DNA of 64,000 bases from Dictyostelium discoideum (Eukaryota), in NCBI GenBank assembly GCA_000004695.1, contig CM000150.2, positions 3,328,001 through 3,392,000 of the forward strand. The letters are read 5' to 3'. The position numbers were made by a program, and so were the translations under genes. The notes below the pieces were generated by a model, which had not been told where the DNA came from, made no database searches, and saw only the letters and a program-made list of their open reading frames with translations. Numbering within the stretch: position 1 is the first letter of the stretch; each line of letters begins with the position of its first letter. This document shows positions 51,646-64,000 of the stretch, piece by piece.

Positions 51646-52666
51646 ATGCCACCACCCCCACCACCACCACCTAAAGCACCACCACCCCCAGCAGCTCCAC
51701 CAAAAACTGCTGAAAGAGGTGCTTTACTCAGTTCAATTCAAAAGGGTTCAAAATTAAAAAAAACAGTCACTGTAGATAAATCTGGTCCAGTTTTAACAGG
51801 TATGTAAATCATAAATTTTCAATTATGAAAATAATTAAATTCAAGGAATGAATGAATGAATAAATTACTTATTTTATATTTTTATTTTTTTAAAATTTAA
51901 AGCACCAAAACCATCAGGAGGTGGAGGTATGCCAACTCCAGGTGGAGGAGGTATGCCAAGACCAGGAGGTGGTTCATCAGGAGGTGGTGCACCAGGTCCA
52001 CAATTGGGTGGATTATTTTCAGGAGGTATGCCACAATTGAAACCATCAGGTGGAACATTGAAAAAAGCTGCACCACCACCAATGATGGCACCAGTTCAAG
52101 CTGCCCCACCATCCTATGGTAAACCATCAGCACCAACTCCATCATTTAAAGCACCACCAACCGCTTCACCACCAGCATTCAAAGCACCACCACCATTCAA
52201 GGCACCACCAACCGCCACACCACCAACACCAACTCCATCATTTAAAGCACCACCAACCGCTGCACCACCAGCTTTCAAAGCTCAACCAGCACCACCACCA
52301 TCATTTGGAGGCGGTCCAAAACCAGCACCACCACCAGCAAGACCACCACCACCACCATCAAGAGCTCCATCATCATCTGGTGGTGATGATTCACAAGCAT
52401 TAAGAGACCAAATCTCTCAATTGGAACAACAAGTTAGAGATTATCAAAATAAAGTTCGTCAACTTGAATCTGATTTGGCTGCCGCTAAAAAATCATCTTC
52501 AGGTACTGGTAAGAAAGCTGTTGCTCTCTACGAATATTCTTCAAATGAACCAGGTGATATCAACTTTAAAGCTGGCCAAAATATTGATATTATCTCTGTC
52601 GAAGGTGATTGGTCAACCGGTAGAATAGAGGGTGTATTCCCAACCAATTATACAAAACTTCTTTAA
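51646..52666 (+). CDS. Actin-regulatory adaptor with N-terminal polyproline + WH2 motif, proline-rich core, coiled coil and C-terminal SH3 domain (about 306 aa)
   Basis: Two exons: join(51646..51799, 51903..52666). Donor G|GTATGT, acceptor tttaaAG, phase 1. Exon 1 reads MPPPPPPPPKAPPPPAAPPKTAERGALLSSIQKGSKLKKTVTVDKSGPVLT, where RGALLSSIQKGSKLKKT matches a WH2/verprolin motif. SH3 domain ALYEYSSNEPGDINFKAGQNIDIISVEGDWSTGRIEGVFPTNYTKLL. Confidence 0.75.
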
Positions 52667-52888
52667 TTAATATAAAAAAAAAAAAAAAACGATTTTCAAA
52701 AATACACCTTATAAATAAATATTTGTTTTGTATAATAAAAAAAAAAAAAATAAAAAAAAAAATAAAAAAATTCAAACTTTTAAAAAATATCTATTTTTAA
52801 ATTTTATTTTGGTAATATATATATATATATTATTTATATATTTAAAATATCATTTGACAAAATTTATCATCACCCTGGGAATTTAAGA

Positions 52889-52929
<41 letters not shown>

Positions 52930-53016
52930 CATAAAATTCAAATCCATATTTAAAATAAATATGACAGAATTTAAAACAAGATTTTATGTCTATTAAAATA
53001 TTCTCAAATTTTATTT

Positions 53017-53082
53017 AAACTTTGAGAATATTTTATTTAAACTTTGAGAATATTTTATTTAAACTTTGAGAATATTTTATTT
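53017..53082. repeat. Tandem 22-bp repeat (aaactttgagaatattttattt) in three copies, preceded by one inverted degenerate copy at 52995-53016
   Basis: Directly visible. It lies about 250 bp upstream of the Cys-rich secreted protein gene and next to a GC-richer island. Confidence 0.85.
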
Positions 53083-53177
53083 AAACTTTTAAATAATAAA
53101 AAGTTTTTTATTCAAAGTTAAATGTCTATTTGCTTTTCAAAGAGTTTCAGTCAGAATATGGGATCAAGGGGAATTTT

Positions 53178-53185
53178 TTGTGGGT
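53178..53185 (-). promoter_or_regulatory. Candidate DUSE (Dictyostelium upstream sequence element) motif ACCCACAA on the minus strand, inside a GC-richer intergenic island (53140-53215)
   Basis: Plus-strand ttgtgggt is the reverse complement of acccacaa. This matches the [AT]CCCA[CT]AA element reported about 60 nt upstream of Dictyostelium ncRNA genes. The surrounding segment gagtttcagtcagaatatgggatcaaggggaa is unusually GC-rich for this intergenic context. Confidence 0.3.
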
Positions 53186-53331
53186 TCCAACCGACCAGGA
53201 TTTTTGATTTTCTATTTTTTTTATTTTATTTTATTTTTTTTTTTTAATTTTATTTTGGCATTTTAGAATTTTATTTTTAACTTTTTTTTATTTTTTTTTT
53301 TTTTATTTTATTTTTAAATTCAAGAAAGAAA

Positions 53332-53447
53332 ATGAGAAGTATTTTATCTTTATTAATTGTTGTAATTTTATCATTTGTTGCTTTATCAAATGCAACCGAT
53401 TGTGGAAAATATAAAAATCCATTGACTTGTGCAAGTAATTATCGCTT

Positions 53448-53491
<44 letters not shown>

Positions 53492-53974
53492 TCCAATTTC
53501 ACTAATATTATTTTATTAAAAATGAAAAGATATGGAACCTCCTTGTGTAATTATTAATTTATAAATAATAAAAATAATAAATAATAATTAATAATATTAA
53601 TAGTAATTAAATAACTAATACAATATCACATTTATTGTTCTTAATTTTAAAATAGTTCTGGGATGGTAAGGTTTGTAAAGAAATTTATCCAAAGAACTGT
53701 GCAGAGATGACAGTTGAGGATTGTGAAAGTAACAAAGAAAAGGGATGTTATTTGGAGGGTGAAAACTGTATTCTCTCAAAATGTAAGTTTTTTACTTTTT
53801 TTATTTTTAATTTATTAACCAGAAATATTAATATTTTTTTTTTTCAAATATTTACCAAAAAAAAAAAAAAAATAAAAAAAAAAAATTTATTTAGTCCATT
53901 GTTCATCAATCCACAATGAATTTGATTGCACCATCGAAAATTGTGCATGGAAAGATGGAAAATGTGAAAATTAA
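53332..53974 (+). CDS. Small secreted cysteine-rich protein (about 107 aa, 4 exons including a 17-nt micro-exon)
   Basis: join(53332..53434, 53530..53546, 53656..53782, 53895..53974). Signal peptide MRSILSLLIVVILSFVALSNA. Mature part TDCGKYKNPLTCA|NMEPPC|FWDGKVCKEIYPKNCAEMTVEDCESNKEKGCYLEGENCILSK|FHCSSIHNEFDCTIENCAWKDGKCEN, with 14 Cys. Donors are GTAATT twice and GTAAGT once. The micro-exon is needed to keep the frame between exon 1 (phase 1) and the Cys-rich exon (phase 0). Confidence 0.5.
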
Positions 53975-54047
53975 ATTCTTTTATTAATTTTTTAACAATA
54001 AATTATTGATGAAATTTTAATCATTTAATTATTATTTTATTTAATTT

Positions 54048-54097
<50 letters not shown>

Positions 54098-54641
54098 ATT
54101 AGATTTAAAAATAAAAATTTAAAATAATATTAGATTTTTAAGTTTTAGTTTTTTATTAGAAATTTGGTTAACTTTCTTCAAGGTATTTTTAAAAAAAAAA
54201 AAAAAAATAAAAAATAAAAAATAATAACTTTTTTTAAAGGTAAAAATAGAAGAAAGAAGGATTTTTTTCTTTTTGAGAGGTTTTATAACTATTAAAAAAA
54301 TAATTATAATTTTTAAAAATGATATGGTGTCAACTTTATGTTTGGCCTGACACTGTTTTATATTTTTTTATGAAAAAAATATTTCAAGTAAAATAATTTT
54401 TTTGTTTTTTTTTTCACAACCAACCGAATTTAATCTCCTGTTATTTGCACCAGATCGTCAAAAAGTAAAAAAAAAAATATTATTTTTCATTGCGATATCC
54501 ATTTCCAAAAAAAAAAAAAAATCAAATGCTAAACAAAGTTTTATTTTAATTTTTAAACTTTTTTTTTTTATTTTACATTTTTTGTAAATGTTAAAAAAAA
54601 AAAAAAACAATCAGTTTAAGAATTTGTTTTTTGTTTTGTAA

Positions 54642-54761
<120 letters not shown>

Positions 54762-55679
54762 GTAATTTAAAATAATTAATAAAAAAAAATTAAACAAAAA
54801 AAAAAAAAAAAAAAAAAAACAAAAAAATCAAATTGAAATATCTATTAATCCAAAGCCAAATTTTTCATTGAAAACCAAAAATTTAAATTCTTTTTTTTTC
54901 AGGTAACCAAGAAAAAAAAAAAAAAAAATATAAAAAAAAAAATTTTGTAAAAAAAAATATAAATTAAATATTTAAATCAAAGCAAATTAAATAAATTAAT
55001 ATATAAATAAATTAAAATTTGAAAATGACAGGTATGATTTCATATATAATTTTTTTTTTTTTTTTTGAAAATAATTAAAATAGTTAAACTAATAATTTTA
55101 CATCCAAAAGAATATATAATTGAAGCAGGAAAATCACAAAAAAATGTTAAAACCAATCCAAACCCATCAGCGACATCAATTAACATAGAAAATTTGAGTA
55201 AAAGTGATGATGGAAGAATTAGAATTATTTCAACAGTGAGTTTGAAAATTTATTTAATTTTTTTTTTTTTTTTAAAAAAATATTAAAAACTAATCAATAT
55301 TTATTTATTTATTTTTTTTTTCTAAATTAAAGTCATTCCCTATGGAAGAGGATTTTATTTCTCCTATTTCCAAAATAACCATTAAAAAAAAATATAATAA
55401 AAATCCAATTGAAATAATGAATTTAGGTACAACAGTTTTAAAAATATCAATTGAATAAAAAATAAAAAAAATAAAAAAAAAAGAAAAAAAATGTTATATA
55501 ATAAATAAAACAAAAATATGTAAAATTAAAAAAAAGGACTGGAAAAAAATAAAATAGTTATCCTTTGTACAATAAATATTAAATAAAAAAAAATTTAACA
55601 AATGTTTAAACTAGTTGTGTTTTTGTATTTTATGTTTTTTTTTTTTTTTTTTATTATTTATTTATTTTGTTTATTATTT

Positions 55680-60102
<4,423 letters not shown>

Positions 60103-60869
60103 TCTATTTTATTATTATTTATTATCTATTATTTATAAAGCGTTGATTATTTTTTATTTGTGAAGGGACCCACCAGTGCTATCATTAATACCTGGTTAAA
60201 AAAAAAAAAAAATAATTATGTTTTTTTTTTTTTTTTTTTTAAATTTTTTTATTATTATTATTATGAGTATTTAATAATTTTACAAATCTAATGAAAAAAA
60301 TAATTTTAAAATAAATAAACAAAAAAAATAAAAAAATAATAATAATATTAAATTATTTATTATTGTTATAAAAATTGAAGAGAAAAAAAAAAAAAAAAAA
60401 AAAAAAAGAGTAATTAAACCAATAAAACACTTTTATTGGTTGTACACCCTAGTAACTTTATTATATTATTTGTATTATTGATATTATTTGTATTATTGAT
60501 ATTATTTTTATTTTTATTATTTATGCTTGTATTTGTGTGAGTAAAAAAAAAAAAAATAAAAAAAAAAAATATAAAAAAAATAAAAATAAAAAAAATAAAA
60601 AAATGAAAAAAAATGAAAGAAAAAAAAAATTAAAAAAAATTAAAAAAAAAGGTTTCACCCCAAATTAAATTAAATTAATTATTGAAGAAAAAAAAAAAAA
60701 AAAAATAAAATAAAGTGAAAGATATTTTTTTTATTTATTCGATTATGGAAATAAAAAAATATGTTTAAAAAATAAAATAAAAAATAAAAAAAAAAATAAA
60801 AAATTTTTTTGAAGATATTTTTTTTTTTTTTTTTTTTGTTTTTCTTTTAAAAAATTTTAATTTAATTTA

Positions 60870-62021
60870 TTAAAAGATTTTAGAAGAGTAAGAAAAAGTA
60901 TGTTTTATACGATCTAAAATATTTCTCTTCCAACCTTCTTCAGTTTTTTCAAACTCGTCAATTGGAATTCCAGTTTGAACGATTTCAACATTTGTTAAAG
61001 GTTTACCATCAACACTGAATGTAATGGTAACTTGAGATTCGACACCTTTACTCCAATTATCCAATCTCCAAGTTTGAACAATCTTTGAGCCTGGTGATAA
61101 AGTTTTATTTACACCTTGAATACTACCACCATATAATGAAAATTTACCGCCTTCTTCATTTTCAAAAGTACAATCACTTTGAGTGAATGCTCTTAATTTA
61201 TTAATGTTTACAAATACATCATATGCATCCATTGGTGAACATTGGAATTCTTCTTTTAATTTCAATGTTTTAGTAGTTGGTTTTTTAGTTGGTGTTGAAT
61301 TAAAAATAACAGTTGATGATGTTACCTTTGGTACTGTATTGGTGGTGGTGGTAGTGTTGGTAGTAGTGTTGGCAGTTTGTTGTTGTTGTGATTGTTCAAC
61401 TTGTTTTTTTGAAACAAATTCTTTTTTTAATAATTTAATAAATTCTTGACATTGTGATTGTACAAATGGTACACCGTGTGACTTAAGTAAAGATTGAACC
61501 ATGTTTATGGATTGTTTAGTTTCATCATTATCGGCAGTGGTATTGATAGTGTATCTTACAGTTGGGGCTTCGTCACCATTCTCGTCGGAAATATATGGTA
61601 CTGTGAATTCACCAGAGATGGTTTTCTTTTGAGTTATTATTGGTTCTGCTGGTTTACCGTCGTCATCCTCCTCGTCAATATCATCTGCAGCGCCTTTAGA
61701 TTTAGTGGTTGGTGGTGGTGGTAAAACCTTTTTAGGTTTGAAAACGACTTCCCAATTCATTTTAACATCTAGTTCATATAAAAAGATGGTTTTACCTTTA
61801 CGATTATTTGCTGTACATTCACCTGAAACAACTGGAGTTGATGAGATTTTGAATGTATATTCATCTGTTTCTTGAATAACCTTTTTATCGAATAATCCAC
61901 CAATTGTATTCTTACTCCATGGTAAACAATCTTTCTCTGACCAATGCCAACCATTAACATTATGTCCATCCTCTCTATTTTCAACAATCCATCTTGGGTC
62001 ACCTTCTCCTACTTTTGCCAT
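60870..62021 (-). CDS. Aha1 (activator of Hsp90 ATPase, AHSA1 family) homologue, 383 aa
   Basis: Single ORF. N-domain MAKVGEGDPRWIVENREDGHNVNGWHWSEKDCLPWSKNTIGGLF, compared with human ADPRWIVEERADATNVNNWHWTERD. Start domain ..NNRKGKTIFLYELDVKMNW. C-terminal domain EFQCSPMDAYDVFVNINKLRAFTQSDCTFENEEGGKFSLYGGSIQG..IVQTWRLDNWSKG..TITF..EEGWKRNILDRIKHTF. Confidence 0.9.
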   Translation of the reverse strand: MAKVGEGDPRWIVENREDGHNVNGWHWSEKDCLPWSKNTIGGLFDKKVIQETDEYTFKISSTPVVSGECTANNRKGKTIFLYELDVKMNWEVVFKPKKVLPPPPTTKSKGAADDIDEEDDDGKPAEPIITQKKTISGEFTVPYISDENGDEAPTVRYTINTTADNDETKQSINMVQSLLKSHGVPFVQSQCQEFIKLLKKEFVSKKQVEQSQQQQTANTTTNTTTTTNTVPKVTSSTVIFNSTPTKKPTTKTLKLKEEFQCSPMDAYDVFVNINKLRAFTQSDCTFENEEGGKFSLYGGSIQGVNKTLSPGSKIVQTWRLDNWSKGVESQVTITFSVDGKPLTNVEIVQTGIPIDEFEKTEEGWKRNILDRIKHTFSYSSKIF

Positions 62022-62319
62022 CTTTTAAAAATTAAAAATTAAAAAAAATAAACAAATAGAATATATATAAAAAAAAAAAAAAAAAAAAAATGAATAAATA
62101 AATAAATGAATAATAATAATAAATAATAATAAAAATAAAATAAAATAAAAATAAAAAAAATGTTAATATTAGATATTTATAAAAAAAATAAAAAAAAAGA
62201 AGTTAACCTACTTTTTATTTAATTATTATTTGTTAAGGGGTTTTGGAAAAAATAAAAATAAATAAAAAAAAAAAAAAAATAAAAATAAAAAAAAATATGA
62301 CAAAAAAAAAAAAAAAAAA

Positions 62320-62383
<64 letters not shown>

Positions 62384-62582
62384 AAAATTTTAGCGATTTT
62401 TAAAATAAAATTCAATTAAATATAACGAAAAAGAACTTCGAAAACTTTGGTATTAAATTATTTTACCACTACTTTTTTTTTTTTTTTAAATAATATCCAA
62501 ATTAGCATTTTTTTTTTTTTTTCACAATATTTATTTTAAAAATTATTAACACAAAAAAAAAAAAAAAAAAAAAATTTTTTTA

Positions 62583-62646
62583 TCCCACACAACGACCCTG
62601 ACACTGATAGCTTAAATTAATGGAAATACTAAACTAAGGGTGTCAG
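62583..62646 (+). promoter_or_regulatory. GC-richer intergenic island with a DUSE-like motif (TCCCACAC) and a 7-bp inverted repeat (ctgacac...gtgtcag). Possible small ncRNA promoter or gene
   Basis: tatcccacacaacgaccctgacactgatagcttaaattaatggaaatactaaactaagggtgtcagaagctcgtatatag. This stands out from the flanking homopolymer A/T. A TATA-like tatatag follows at 62654-60. Confidence 0.2.
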
Positions 62647-63068
62647 AAGCTCGTATATAGAATAAAAAAAATTAATTATTTTATTTCTTTTTTAGAGATA
62701 ACAAAAAAAAAAAAAAACTCTGTGTGTTAATAAAAATTTGAAAAAACAAAAAACAAAAAAAAAATTCATTTTTTTTTTTAAAAAAAAAAAAAATAAATAA
62801 AAAATAAAAAAATAAAAAAAAAAAAAAAAATGGAAAAAATAAAAAAAAAAAATTCGTGACAAAACGAACCATTCACTGTTAATCAAATATATATATATAT
62901 TAATTGTATAATAATAATTAGTATAACCAAAGCATCAATAATATAAAATATATTTATATACAAAGATTTTCAAAAATTTAATAATAATAATAATAAAAAT
63001 ATAAAAAATAAAAATAAATAAACCATATAAATATAAAAATAAACAAATAATATAGAAATAGATATACA

Positions 63069-63491
63069 ATGAGAGGAACAGTCAGAGATTTAGCAATTAG
63101 ATATTTAGGTGTTGGTGCCAAAAAAGTTTGGTTAGATCCAACTCAAATGGATAAAATTAGCAAAGTTAAAACAAGTATGTTTATATCATTTTTTTTTTTT
63201 TTATTATTATTGATCATCATCATCATCATCATTATGGTGATGGCATTGGTAATACATACAATGATAATCATAATAATAAAAATTCATTTTTATTTTAATT
63301 ATTAATTCCTTTTTTTTTTTTTTATTTATGAATATTCCCTAGGAGAGGGAATTAGAGAATTAATAGCACAAGGCCTTATTAAAAGAAAGTTTACAATTGG
63401 TGGATCATACAAACCTTCACGTGGTCCCTTTTTATTTCCAAAAGATGAATTTTTTAAATTAAATAAAAACCATATCACTAAAAATGAATAA
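63069..63491 (+). CDS. Short ribosomal-protein-L19e-like protein (about 85 aa, 2 exons)
   Basis: join(63069..63174, 63343..63491). Donor A|GTATGT, acceptor tccctAG, phase 1. Product MRGTVRDLAIRYLGVGAKKVWLDPTQMDKISKVKT-R-EGIRELIAQGLIKRKFTIGGSYKPSRGPFLFPKDEFFKLNKNHITKNE. This parallels the RPL19 N-terminus ([39 protein letters not shown]) but lacks the basic C-terminal half of a real eL19. Confidence 0.55.
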
Positions 63492-63594
63492 ATTAAAATA
63501 AAATATAAAATATAGAATATAAAATATTACTTTTTTTTTTTTTTCCAAAATTTTATTTTAATTTTAAAATTAATATAATTATTATTATTAATAA

Positions 63595-63630
<36 letters not shown>

Positions 63631-63648
63631 TTTTTTTTTTTAAACTTA

Positions 63649-64000
63649 TTACAAAATTGACCAAGCGAAATCCATTTGTTCTTTAACAACTTTTGGTAAT
63701 TGTGGAAGTGTATTTTTTGGAATTAAATAACTGGAAATATTGAATAAATCCAAGAAAATTTTATAACGATCACCAACGGTTGTACGTAAATAATGATAAC
63801 CAGAAGAACCACCAGTACCAATCTTGGCACCAATAATTCTTTGTACCATCATTGTATGACGGAATCTCCACATTGTTAATAATTCATCAATTTCTGTTAA
63901 AAGATTTAAAATAAGGAATGGTGTATGGAAAATTGGTTCATCTTTATATAAATAAATTAAAATTGCTGATTGTAATGCTCTTTTTTTTTTAAAAAAAAAT
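63649..64000 (-). CDS. tdo: Tryptophan 2,3-dioxygenase (TDO), 3' portion of the CDS. The 5' end lies beyond the window
   Basis: The minus-strand ORF ends at 63649. ..[93 protein letters not shown] aligns with human TDO2 ..[86 protein letters not shown]. Confidence 0.8.
   Translation of the reverse strand, partial: [116 protein letters not shown]

Overview
The window is AT-rich (~78% A+T) nuclear DNA of the Dictyostelium discoideum type. Coding regions are packed with (CAA)n and (AAT)n tracts that give polyQ and polyN runs. Introns are short (80-220 nt) and AT-rich, with GTAAGT or GTATGT donors and (T)nAG acceptors. Intergenic regions are almost pure homopolymer A/T. I resolve about 24 protein-coding genes on both strands, most of them spliced. 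The six-frame ORF track uses alternative start codons (GTG/TTG shown as M) and runs through introns, so several genes had to be rebuilt by hand. One reconstruction merges two large ORFs into a 1442-aa protein with an unusual NYN-LOTUS-CBM48 domain architecture, which is the most novel item here. Recognisable genes include PAN2 deadenylase (3 exons), fumarylacetoacetase, an ER-type cyclophilin B, Aha1, tryptophan 2,3-dioxygenase (3' part, truncated at the window edge), a MGRN1-like RING E3, a SMYD SET/MYND protein, an RCC1-BTB protein, a DENN-LIM protein, a CH-C1-CRIB PAK-family kinase, a WH2/SH3 actin-regulator and a LisH-WD40 protein. Smaller or atypical items are an atypical Rho GTPase with G12/Q61 substitutions, a TDP2-like EEP phosphodiesterase, a truncated ribosomal-L19e-like mini-protein, a small secreted Cys-rich protein with a 17-nt micro-exon, and an unannotated 4-exon mini-gene. 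Two GC-richer intergenic islands carry DUSE-like motifs that may mark ncRNA promoters. No rRNA, tRNA, transposon or CRISPR-like elements were seen.
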